A stretch of DNA of 64,000 bases from Xylographa opegraphella (taxonomy: Eukaryota): contig JALDZX010000052.1 in NCBI GenBank assembly GCA_022813865.1, positions 62,001 to 126,000 on the forward strand. Direction: 5' to 3'. Positions 37,507-50,066 of this stretch are shown here, one piece after another. The number at the start of each line of letters is the position of its first letter. The stretch's first letter is position 1. The translations under genes and the position numbers were made by a program. The notes under the pieces were generated by a model. The model made no database searches. It was not told the origin of the DNA and saw only the letters and a program-made list of their open reading frames with translations.

Positions 37507-39144
37507 CTAGCCGCTCCCAACACTAACACCAGCCGGCATCGCAGGAGGAGGCCCGCCGGTTCCGGTTCTCTTTTTTTCCTTCTTTGCCCATCGTACTGCG
37601 TGACGTTAGCACTATGTCTCGGATCTTAGAGCATGAGCCAGGGTTCAACACACATCCGCAAGCATTGCACAATGTCTTTGGCCCATTGGGCCCCTTTCTC
37701 CACTCGGGCGAGTCCAGCGTTCCGCAATCGGTGCACACGTATTCGTCTGCAACTTTCATCTTCTTTTTCTTATCGCCGCTCCGATTGTCCTTGTCGGCCG
37801 GGATGGCGATCCCTGCGTCCCCTCGGACCAGCATGGGGCTGGCATCCCCAGTGCTGATGCCCATCGAGCGCTCTCCTTCCCGGTACCGTAGCCCCGTGAT
37901 CATCTCTATGGAGTCAATGTGCGTCGCGCCTTCATACCGCGCCATCTTGTCGTTGATGCTGTCAGGCTTCAGAGTCGCGTTCGCTTCGTCGAGGTTCTGT
38001 TGTGTGAGCAGCATACTTGACACGCTGGGTTTCGCGGGCGGCGGCATCCCGTTGTAGTCGTTGGATTGGCCGGAGGTCATAGACGCGGAGCCTAGGTTCT
38101 CTGACTCGGTGCGCTGTGTTTCCGAGGGCGTGACGCTGCTGTGATTCTCTTGTTTCTTGACCCAGTGCCGTTGCTGGGCTTCCGCATCCTCCTGCTCCTC
38201 CTTGCGGAGATCCGCGATCCGCTTGTTCAGCCGTTCGTTCTCGATCTTGTGTTCCAGGAAGGAGTCCAACAGATTCGCGTTCTTGGTCGGATACGGTCGT
38301 GCCATCATAAAGAAGCCACGGCAGAAACCCGCCGCGTTGTTGGGGCCGAAAGCCGCCGCCTCGGACGTTAGGTGCGGGTGACCGTGTGATTCGAAGATCA
38401 CGTAAGAGCCGTCTGCTTTTCGGAAGCGGTAGAAGAAACGGAGGGGATTGCCGGACGCAATACTCTCGTTGAATTCGCGCACGAAGATCACGTTGTCGTC
38501 AGGGTGGATGAAGTCGCCGATGAACTTACCCACAAGTTCACTCTGGTCGTAGCCTGTGAGCGGCTTCCCAGAGGGAGAGATGTAAAGGATACGCCCATCG
38601 GGTGTGAGGATATGTAGGAAGTCTTTGAGTTCTTCGAGCACACGCTGGGACCAGTTGCGGCGTTTGGTAAATTCTGTAAGTGTGCTACCGCCGTTGGCAC
38701 TGGCCTGGGCACCAAACCCTGTGGGAAGAGGGCCTGCACCGGCGCCGGTGAGAGGGACATTCGTGAGGGCGGTGGAATCATTCTGATCGGATAGTTGTTG
38801 CGGTTGTTGTTGTTGTTGTTGTTGCTGCTGCTGCTGTTGGGGGTGGAGCTGGGTGTCGACCGAATTGTAGCTCTGCGGGTCCCGGTCGTTGAGGCTGAGG
38901 CCGAGACTCATGGGCAGCATATCGACATCGAGGCCTGTCATCATGTCGCCGCCCTGCTCGAGCATCTCGGTCATCGTGGCATCGCCAGTTGCCATACCTC
39001 CCATCTGCGGGTGCGCTGTTAGCACTTTCTTCATGGAAGTCTTGGTGGCAGACATTGTGGGTGCGATTGAACCTTACATCAGTGGAAAGATGAGCGACCA
39101 ATCCATCCGGCCCTGTGTCGTACATCGACATCTCCAGCGATCAT
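37507..39144 (-). CDS. wc-2: White collar-2 / LreB: PAS domain plus GATA zinc finger transcription factor
   Basis: [28 protein letters not shown] domain ([24 protein letters not shown]), coiled coil, GATA finger [36 protein letters not shown]. Predicted first exon MIAGDVD; last intron lies within the zinc finger. Confidence 0.93.
38794..38840 (-). repeat. CAG/CAA trinucleotide repeat encoding poly-Gln in WC-2
   Basis: (tgt)n(tgc)n tract on the + strand, translating to about 12 Q, P, QQ. Confidence 0.85.
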
Positions 39145-39530
39145 GAAGGGGGCGCATCGGTGATGGGCTATTGCTGCTGCGCACTGGTGTGGTGGTCCTG
39201 ATCTGCACATGGGCTGGCGTGGCGCATGAAGCACTGCAGCCACATGTCAAACCCGGGGTTTAGGCTCCTTTGGGCAAGAGGCGGAGCGGGCCTGGAATCA
39301 TCCTGACTTAGGGGATTATCCTAGTCAGGGACTTAGCGGAAGTGGTGTGTGGTTTACTGTCGTCCGGGGTTTCCGATGGCTCACGTCGTCGGGACGCGGT
39401 AGTCGAGGTCCCTATGCTTTCTCTGGCTGCCTGTTTTCAATAAGGTACCTAACTCCGGAGACTACCTTAACGAGCTCACAACAGACTCGTAGTCTACCAG
39501 GAGACTAATTCATGCACGAATACTTCCATC

Positions 39531-42500
39531 ATGTAGGTCTCTTCCATCTGTAAGACTCTGATTAAACTTATCGCTAATTCTGCTACAGGTGTGAGTTTAT
39601 AGACTCCAGTCAGCCGACTCCTCTCACATATAGACACTAATAGCCCTTCATAGCGAAAATTGACAAGCTTCTCATTCTTGGGTACCAGACTCTCTAAGCG
39701 GGCTATCTCCCCAGCTAACCAGTTGTTCTAAAGAGTGAGGTCTTTTGACAATGCACACCCCGAGGCAATTCAATTCAATACCCCACTAACGCTTATTGTG
39801 GGCTACAATGGATCTGGGAAGACGGTGAGTCACGATCCATTGATCGAGTCTCCTTTCCTGATGCTAGGGGATAATAGACTATCATCGAGTGCCTCAAATA
39901 TGCCACCACTGGGGAGCTCCCGCCTAATAGCAAGGGCGGGGCTTTTATCCACGATCCAAAGGTATAAACGTCTCCACCAATACGTTAAGTTACGGAGCTC
40001 ATGACTTGTGTAGCTGGCAGGGGAGAAAGAAGTCCTGGCCCAGGTGAAGCTTTCATTCAAAAGCACTTCTGGAGCAAAAATGGTGGCAACCAGGAGTCTA
40101 CAGTTGACTGTCAAGAAATTAGTGAGGGCGCAAAAGACTTTGGACTGTACCCTCCTTATGGCGAAAAACGGCGAGAAAACAACCATTTCTTCAAGAGTCG
40201 CAGAGCTGGATCAAATTCTACCACAATATCTCGGGGTCTCTCGAGCGGTCCTGGACTCTGTTATTTTCTGTCACCAGGATGAGAGCCTTTGGCCAATGAG
40301 CGAGCCAAGCGCTCTTAAGAAGAAGTTCGACGAGATTTTCGAGGCGCTAAAGTACACAAAGGCAATCGATAACATCAAAGCACTGCGGAAGAAGCAGAAT
40401 GAGGAATTAGGAAAGTACAAGATCATGGAGCAGCACGCTAAGGAAGACAAAGACAAAGCTGACAGGGTAAGCTCTTGTGGCTGACGAGGCCGATTGCTAT
40501 CACAGTGAGACTGACATGAGGACTCAGGCGGAGAAGAAGTCCAAGGAACTATCGGACGAAATTGAAACATTGCGGGTCGAGACCAAAGATCTTCATACCA
40601 AAGCTAGGGATGCTAGGGACAAATCCCAGCATGCATGGAATCAAGTAGCCGCTTACACCGAGGTGGTCGAATCTCTCAAGGTTGCGCGGAAAAACCAAGA
40701 ATGGTACGAAAAACATCTGAAGGACCTGGCGCAAGACCTCAAGGAGCGCAGTGAATCGGATGAGTGGTTGCAGACTGAGCTGGACCAATACGAGGAACGT
40801 ATGCAAATCCATGATCAGCGTCAAAAAGAACAGACTAGGCGCTACGAAGATGTCAAACGAGAGATCACACAAATAAGGAAGAACCAGAGTGAGAAGCGTG
40901 TTGAAGCTGGTAAGCACGAAGAGCGAAAGGTTACACATTTGAACAAGATCGAAAATCGCAATCTTGAAATCAAGCAAACCGCGAAAGAGCACAACATCCA
41001 TGGATATGACACGGAGCTCGACGATATGGAAATTTCTGAGTATATTGACAAGATCACAAAGCGTAGCAAGGATCAAAACGCTAAGATGGAACGACTACGT
41101 CGTGATACAATGTTAGAAATTCAAAAAGTCCAGGAAGTTCTTGATTCACTGCGGGAACGACGGTCCGCTTTGCAAGAAGGTAAGAAAGCGGCGAAAGATC
41201 AAATGAGTGGTAACGACAAGAAAATCGCGTCTTTATACTCGGAGCTAAACAGTATCACTACGGACGAAGGAGGAAAGGCGGCATTAGAGTCCAATATCGC
41301 TGACCTTGAGAGCAAATTGACTAAAGCTAAGCAAGATTTGATGAGCGGTGCCTTGGATGCCAAAATCGAAGAAGTCAACGCCGAGCTTCGATCTCTGGAA
41401 GACAAGAACGCGACCTTGAACAAGGAACTTATACAAGGAACCAAGCAAGCCGGGAACCTCGCAAGACTCGATCATCTGAAAAAGGAATCGACGGATCGGG
41501 AGCGAAGCCTTAAAACCATGACAGGTGCCCACGGTGAACGTTTTCGGAGCATCATTGGCCAATCATGGCAAGCTGCAACCCTAGAGGTAGACTTTCAACG
41601 CGTTATGGATTTACGGACGCAGCAGGTCAAAGACGCGGAACGACAACGGGATGGCATTTCTAGGGAACTCGAACAGCTTGAGTTTAAGCTGAAGACTGCC
41701 CGTGCCGATGCAAAGAAATGGGAGGGCGAAGTACAAGACTGCGCGCAGATTTTGATAGATATCACAAACGGAGAACCTGATGATTACCCTGAAATTCTCG
41801 CCGCTATCCAGAGTGATAGAGACACTCGGAAATATGACGTTGATGGCTATGCAATACTTAAGAAATGGTATGGCGAGTGTATCGAAACAGCCAAATCGAA
41901 AGAACCTGCCTGCCGATTATGTAATAGGGCCTTTACTGAGGAGAAAGCTGTCAGACTGTTTGTTTCGAAGCTGGAGAACAAAGTTTCGAAGCGGGCACTG
42001 GATGAGCTTCAAAAAGACTTGGAAGACCTCGATGCGGATCTCGAAAAGGCTAGAGAGGCCAGCACGACTTACGACACATGGAGAAGATTATCTGAAAAGG
42101 AACTGCCTAGTTTGCGTAAAGAAATCACCAAGCTCGAGCGCAATCGGGAAACGTTGCTGCGTCAAATTGAAAAGCATGACAAGGTCGTTGAGGATAAGGA
42201 GGAGGCAAGGCGAGATGCGGAAACTTTATCAAAGCCGGTTGCAAACGTAGTTAAGTACGCTCACGAATATGCCAGCTATCAAAGTCAGATCCAGGAGCTT
42301 GTCGAAAAGCAGCAAGACATCGGGCTGTCTCGAACCCTGGAGGATCTGCAGGATGAGATTGAGTCCAATGGGGCGAAATCACGTACACTACGAACAAGCC
42401 TCACTAAGCTGCAGAACGATGACAAACGTAGTCGTGGACAAGTTAGCTCTTTCGAGGTCGAGCTTTCGCGATTAAAAAACCGACTATCAAGCGTAAGCCA

Positions 42501-43877
42501 CGAGCTAGAGAAGAGAACGAACATTTTGTCTCAAATCGAAGACGTGAAGAAATCTAATCACGAACAACGAGAGGCAATCACCAGGCTTGATGAACAATTG
42601 CAAAGCCTAGCGCCTCAATTTTCGGAGCAGGAAGCCAGACGTGATGACATCAAGCAACGTGGTGACGCGAGAGATAAGGAGTTGCAGAGAGAGGCAAGGA
42701 ATCTGTCAGACAGCGTCCGGAATCTTCAGCGAGCGGACCTTGAGATTCGAACATACATAGAAGAGGGAGGTCCGGCTAAGCTTGCGAAATGTCAGAGAGA
42801 TATTCAAGGGTTTGAGCAGGATATCACTCAATTGGAGGCGGAGCTGAAGCAGATCACGATCGAAATCAATAAGATCAGGGAAGAGCTGGCCAATCAGGAT
42901 CAAAACAAAAGGGTGATCAACGACAACCTGAAATTCCGTAAGACTCGCCGCGAGCTTGAAGCTGTCAAGGTTGAGATCCAGGAGCTTAGTGCCCAAAACG
43001 CGGAAGCGGATCAGGAGCATCACAGGATTCAGGCGGAGAAGTTCCAGCGACAGCACAATCTGTATAGTACAGAAGAAACCAGCAAGATGGGCATCATGAA
43101 GGCCAAGGATGATCAACTGGGGCAACTTCTGGAAGACTGGAATACGGATTACAAGGATGCTGCATATAAGTTCAAAAAGTCCCATATCGAAGTGGAGGCA
43201 AGAAGCCGTTTTCTTCTAATCATGTTCCAGAGACTAATATGTGCTAGACTACCAAAGCGGCGGTGGAAGATCTTGGACGCTATGGCAGTGCATTGGACAA
43301 GTATTTCGAAAATGATTCTGTCCTTCTCTGCCAACGACTGACGATAGTTAGGGCGATCATGAAGTACCACAGTCTCAAGATGGAGGAGATCAACCGGATC
43401 ATCGAAGAGCTATGGAAGCGGACGTACCAGGGCACAGACGTCGACACGGTGCTCATCCGGTCCGACAACGAGACCGCGAAAGGCAACCGGTCGTACAATT
43501 ATCGAGTCTGCATGCTGAAACAGGACGTGGAGATGGATATGCGGGGCCGGTGCAGCGCCGGCCAGAAGGTGCTGGCGTGCATCATCATCCGCCTGGCGTT
43601 GGCCGAGTGCTTTGGAGTCAACTGCGGCCTGATCGCGTTGGACGAACCGACGACAAATCTGGATCGGGACAACATCAAGGCGCTGGCGGAGTCGCTGCAC
43701 TACATCATCAAGTCGCGGCAGCAGCAAGCGAACTTCCAGCTGATCGTCATCACGCACGACGAGGACTTCCTCCGATACATGAAGTGCGCGGACTTCTGCG
43801 ACACGTACTACCGGGTGTCGAGGAACGACCGGCAGAAGTCGATCATCGAGAGGCAATCGATCTCGGAGGTGGTGTAG
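39531..43877 (+). CDS. RAD50: DNA repair protein Rad50
   Basis: Spliced N-terminus [16 protein letters not shown], Walker [20 protein letters not shown], long coiled coil with zinc hook CRLC, signature [10 protein letters not shown], Walker [17 protein letters not shown]. Stop TAG 43875-43877. Confidence 0.96.
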
Positions 43878-44934
43878 CGGGTTTTTCGAGCTATGCATCT
43901 GCTGGAGTTTAGTGGTTGGGGGACGACATCGTCCGGGGTAGTCGTTGCTGATGGTTGGGAAAGGTGGCAGTTTTGGAGCTCATGAACAAGATAGCCGACC
44001 ATGTAGCAAGACTGCCAGGATCCACCACGAACAGTTTTCATCGAGCTTTTGATATGACAGTAATGAAGCATATGAATCGGTACCCACCCAGGTGAAACGC
44101 CTTCTGGAGCGCGTTGCGACGAAAGTCTGGCCTGTGGTGTGGGGTGGAGGAGGCGCAGACGTCGGCGGAGTGCCACGGGCACGCAATTGGCGAGATTAGG
44201 GGCCCTCTATTCGCGTCGTGAATGGAAAGCATCACCACTGATGGCTCTCGACTTCTAGCAGCCTCCGACCATGGCCGGCCATAAAGATCGGGGTGACAAA
44301 AGGGTACCATTAAGCGCTGGCATCCTCCGCATTGGCGCCTACGTTCCAGGGGGGTTGCTCCCGGGGCTCTCGGAATTCCTGGTTTGAGCATCGGACTGAT
44401 TAGGTGGTCGCGATGGTGGTCCGGAGCCGAGACGTGTTCTGTGAGCGCGCAAGGCGGGGGGGGACTGCTGGTACTTATTTTAGTTGGCTGAAGGCGGAAT
44501 GTCCAGCGTGTGTTGGGATGGGTGTGAGGGCTGCATGGCCTGAAGCTTTGGGTGGAAGGGGTGAGGAGGGGGGGGGATCGCTGATGGTGCTGCCGGGCAC
44601 GTTACTACCGACACCTAAGGGACTACTCCGTACCGTATGTAGAAGTTAGCTGGGGGACGAATGGGAGGCGGGTCGACGTGCAGGCCGCTATAGAATCCCC
44701 GTAAGGTAAGCAGCATTTAGGTGAAGGCCTGCACCGAGCCGGTTGAATCCTTCAGTGGGCGCTAGTGAGCCGCCTTATGTCCAGGGGTCCGGCTTCTTCT
44801 TCTTCTTCGTTAAGGGTCCGCTGTCCCCCCCCAGCCTTCTTCCCCTAAAGCTCTCGTCGTCCTCAACCATTCCCACCGCCCGAGAAGTCCTCCACCACCA
44901 CCTATCATCACCACCTCACCGACCGCCCACCACC

Positions 44935-46387
44935 ATGGCCCGCCCAAAGAAGTCCGACTCGGTGCTCAACGACTCCGGCGGCCAGCTGATGAGCTCGGCT
45001 GATATCATCTGGATGAGAGACAATGTTAGTAACCGCGACTTCCCATCCTGTTGACACTCCGCTTTGCGCTTTGCGACTACTCCTTGCGGGTGCGACGCGT
45101 CCGTACCTGGTTTGCTGTCTGCTCCGTTGCATGCCATCCACACCGCAGTGCCTCGTCACCGCAGCATACGTTTGTGTCGTCGGCGGTCCGCCGTCGGGGC
45201 TCATGGAGCGTCATGATACCGTGGCCGTCGTCGCGACCGAACAACATTGCGCCACTCATTGATTATGCGCATCCTGTTTTGCACAACTTGTTTCGGAGTT
45301 GTTTACTCGTCCGACTACGCTTGCGCATGCGGTACTGACCTTGCCTTCAGGTCATCACTGGCCTAAGCAACCTAGAGAATGGGGTCCACGAGCTGCGTCG
45401 CACGTACATCTCCTACTTCAATTCGCGTCTGCCCGAAGGCCACCCCGCGCGTGTCAACATGCCTTTCTTCCCAGCCCTGTACCCTGGCGACAACGGTGTC
45501 GCCCGACCGCGTGCAGAAACACCCGGGGGTGCAGCCGATGGTGGCGCGAAGAGGAAGAGGAAGCCCCATGATCCCAATGCACCCAAGAGAGCCTTGACCT
45601 CGTACTTCCTTTTCATGCGCGACAACAAGCCTCTCATCAAGGAGGCCAACCCTGACTGGTCAGCAGCGCAGATCTCGGCGGAGAGTGAGAAGAGATGGGA
45701 GAATATCACCGACGATGATAAAGCTGTCAGCTTTCTCGGCCTTGTAGAGGGATACACGTTGCTAATGTTGTTATGATGCAGGAATATGACCATATGTATC
45801 AAGTTGACCTGTGTCGATACTACGCCCAGAAGTCAGCTTACGAGGCTGGAGAACCCATTCCTGACATCACTGCCGAAGAGGCGATTCAGCTCTATGACGC
45901 TCAAATCAAGTCGGGCCAACCGCTCAAGGGGCGCAAAGCTGGCAGACCTCCCACCGCAACCGCAGCTCCAACGGTGTTGGAGGATATTGAATCTGAGCCG
46001 GCGACATCGGATGAGGAAGAGGAGGACACCCCCGAACCTCCCCGGGTGCCAACCCCACCCAAGGCTGATCGATCCAGTAAACGCCAGAAGACTGCCAAAG
46101 AGAATGAGGTTGCGAAGCCAGCTTCCTCCAAGGTAATTGACAAGCCGCCCGAGCAAAACATGCAATCGGGATTCCAACTTGCTGACCGAACACTTCAGTC
46201 CCCTGAATTAGAAAGAAAGAAGAAGGGGTCGGCGAAGAAGGGGGTCAAAGTCGACAATGATGTCGAGGTCGATGAGACGCATGCTATGGCAAGCTCCCCC
46301 GTAAAAAAGGGCCACGATAAGAAGGATGATAAGAAGGACAAGAAGGCGAAGCGGAAGAGGAAGAGTGAAGCTGCGGGAGATGACTAG
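44935..46387 (+). CDS. HMG-box protein (Hmo1-like architecture with a lysine-rich tail)
   Basis: RKRKPHDPNAPKRALTSYFLFMRDNKP..IKEANPDW...ISAE..KRWENIT, acidic and Lys-rich C-terminus. Introns at about 45025-45350 and 45726-45781. Confidence 0.85.
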
Positions 46388-46871
46388 GCAAGGAACATGA
46401 TGGGGGCCTGCGTTCAACGTTCTTCGCACACCGTTGAACTCAAAGGGTCTTTGTATGTTGTGGATGCTACTGGTGGATGATTGAACGATGCACTTGTCTT
46501 CTGCAACGACGGTCCCATTCATGTGCTTTCGTCTCAGATGCACCTGTTACAGCTTGTATCGTGGAGTTACGGTGCGTCTTGTTTCGTAGGCTACAAAATG
46601 TCATGGGTTTCCTGTGCATAACGAGTCCCTTCTCGTGCTCGTCCATTGGGCCTATGCCAAATGCAAGAAAATTACCCCTTTCATGATCTGGACGACGTCA
46701 AGCACGTTTTGTGTAGTCTACAATGTGTGATGGGACGGCACTAAGGTAGGTTCCCGCGGGTGAAATACGCGGCTGCGACCCCGCATCGCGAACGTCCATT
46801 GTGGTACATAATATAGACGTTCCGCCCCACGTTCCACCAATGCTTACATAGACAAGCAAGGCCGGTCCAAG

Positions 46872-49731
46872 ATGCAGCTGGTGCCTAAGGAGGTAGGTCA
46901 GACCGTGAGATGCACATTCATCTACATCCAACTGATATCCGCCCAGCTTGACAAGCTCGTCACTTCACAGCTGGGATTGCTGGCGCAGCGCCGCCTGGCT
47001 CGGGGCGTGAAGCTCAACCATGCAGAAGCTACGGTGCGCATATGCAGGTGCAGGTCGACTCCGAGCTGCTCTGACCCTTTTCACGTCCCCCTAGGCATTG
47101 ATCGCAAACAATCTACAGGAAGTATGGCTATGCTCGTCGTCCAATGTGTCTTGCGCTTCACAGACTGAGGCTCTTTTCCGTAGCTCATCCGGGATGGCAA
47201 CCACTCCGTGGCCGACCTCATGCAGATCGGCAAGACGATGCTGGGGCGGCGCCATGTCATGCCCTCGGTCGTTTCGTCCCTGGACGAGATGATGGTAGAA
47301 GGGACCTTCCCCTCGGGCACCTACCTGGTGACCGTACACCATCCGGTGAGTTCGGACGACGGCGATCTGGAGAAGGCGCTCTACGGCAGCTTCTTACCGG
47401 TACCGTCGAAAGACCTCTTCCCATTGCCGGATCCCGCAGTATACGAGCCTAGCAAGCAGCCCGGCGCGGTCGTCCCAGTGAAAGGGAAAAAGATAGTCCT
47501 TCACGAAGGTAAGAAGCGAATCAGGTTGAAGGTTACCAGCAAAGGAGACAGGCCGATACAAGTGAGGGGGATCTGAACCTACTCCCGGTGGTTGATAGAG
47601 CTGAATGCGCCTCAGGTCGGATCACACTACCACTTCATCGAAACCAATCCGCAGCTGGAGTTCGATCGTCTGAAAGCGTACGGATATCTCTTGGACGTAG
47701 CGGCAGGAACATCGGTCCGATTTGAGCCTGGTGACACCAAAACCGTGACTCTGGTCGAGATGAGTGGCCACCGAATAATCAGGGGCGGCAACAATCTTGC
47801 GTCTGGGCATGTGGACATCTCAAACACCGAAGAGATCACTAAGCGGTTGCGCGAAGGCGGCTTCGCCAACGTGCCCGAGCCAGCTGGAGATAGCGCACAT
47901 ATCGACCCCTTCTCCATGACTCGTGACGCTTATTGTGGAATGTATGGTCCCACAACCGGGGACCTTGTTCGCCTTGGATCTACGGATCTGTGGATCAAAG
48001 TTGAAAAGGACTTTACGTCTTATGGCGACGAATGCAGCTTTGGCGGTGGCAAGACATTACGAGAAGGTATGGGACAAGCTAGCGGTCGTAGCGATGCCGA
48101 AAGTCTGGATACCGTCATAACAAACGCGTTGATCGTCGATTGGAGTGGTATCATCAAGGCAGACATTGGCATCAAAGGCGGTGTGATCGTTGGGATTGGC
48201 AAGGCCGGTAACCCGGATGTCATGAACGGTGTGGATCCCGCACTGGTCGTTGGGTCCTGTACCGATGTGATTGCCGGAGAAGGCAGTATAATCACTGCCG
48301 GTGGTTTCGATACCCACATCCATCTGATTTGCCCCCAGCAAGCGTATGAGGCAATCGCGTCTGGCGTTACATCGATGCTCGGCGGGGGCACAGGACCAAG
48401 TACTGGAACGAATGCAACGACATGCACTCCAGGCAAAGAGCACCTGAAGAAGATGCTCCAAGCCTGCGATGAACTCCCTCTGAATTTTGGTATTACTGGG
48501 AAGGGCAACGACAGCGATCCGAAAGCGCTCCAGGAGCAATGCTTGGCTGGAGCAGCGGGCCTCAAGCTTCACGAGGACTGGGGGACTACCCCTGCGGCCA
48601 TTGATACCTGTCTGAGCGTTTGCGACGAATATGATGTCCAGTGTCTAATTCACACGGACACCTTGAACGAGTCCGGGTTCGTCGAGTCTACAATCGCTGC
48701 GTTCAAGAATCGCGCTATTCATACATATCACACAGAAGGTGCAGGCGGTGGACATGCGCCGGATATAATCTCCGTGGTTGAGCACCCCAATGTGCTTCCC
48801 AGCTCCACCAATCCGACTCGACCCTATACCCGAAACACTCTTGATGAACATCTTGACATGCTCATGGTCTGCCATCATCTCTCGAAGAACATCCCAGAGG
48901 ATGTAGCCTTTGCGGAGTCACGTATCCGCGCAGAGACCATTGCGGCCGAAGACGTGCTTCATGACTTAGGAGCCATAAGCATGATGTCTTCGGATTCGCA
49001 AGCCATGGGTCGCTGTGGTGAAGTCATACTACGGACATGGAACACCGCTCACAAGAACAAAGTCCAGCGAGGTACCTTGAAGGAAGATGAAGGCACAGGT
49101 GCGGACAACTTCCGAGTCAAGCGATACATCAGCAAGTACACCATCAATCCTGCCATCACTCAAGGCATGAGCCATATTATCGGAAGTGTGGAGGTTGGCA
49201 AGCTGGCAGATCTCTGCCTTTGGAAGCCCGCGAACTTTGGCACGAAACCGAGCATGGTTATTAAGAGCGGCATGATCTCCTATGCGCAGATGGGAGATCC
49301 GAACGCCTCGATACCCACCGTGGAGCCAGTGATCATGCGGCCTATGTTCGCGGTAGGTCGTTCATGGAACGCTGGTTCAGTTTTTTCATCCGATAATAGT
49401 GCTGATCTGTAACATAGGCTTTTGTCCCTCGCACTTCCATCACGTTCGTGTCCAAAGCGTCTGTGGAATCGGGCATCGTTGCCCAATATGGCCTCAAGAA
49501 ACGCATCGAGGTGGTGAAGGACTGTAGAGATATCGGCAAGAAAGATATGAAGTACAACGACGTGATGCCGAAGATGAAGGTTGATCCCGAAAGCTACGTA
49601 AGTTTTCCGGTGAAGATTGAACTCGAGATGGGCGTACTAACAGCTGCTAGGTTGTGGAAGCGGATGGCATGGTGTGCAAAGCGGAGCCGGCGACGTCGTT
49701 GCCTTTGACTCAACAGTTTTACATATATTAA
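46872..49731 (+). CDS. ure1: Urease (fused gamma-beta-alpha eukaryotic form)
   Basis: [40 protein letters not shown], Ni ligands [53 protein letters not shown]. Six introns; stop TAA 49729-49731. Confidence 0.97.
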
Positions 49732-50066
49732 ACTTGCTCAGGGTGATTGTACAGTGGGAGAGATGATGCAGTTGAGCGATGCCGGACAATGTGATCTTGA
49801 GTGACATGGTCAAGTATTATGCGCACAAGCTATAGATCGAGCGCAAATGCCTACTATGAAACATGTGATTGTGATACTTTTCCACATGAGATAGTATGAC
49901 ATGAATGATCTTTTGTAACTAGGATTGATAAGTGACAGTGGAGAGACGTTGTAGAATTTCCCACAGCCCTATGGATTCGAGACCAGAGTAAAGTACGACA
50001 TTTTTGAGGATATCCGACTAGCTTCAATGCTCGACGAGTTTCTGCTCTACACACCTCACGCACATA

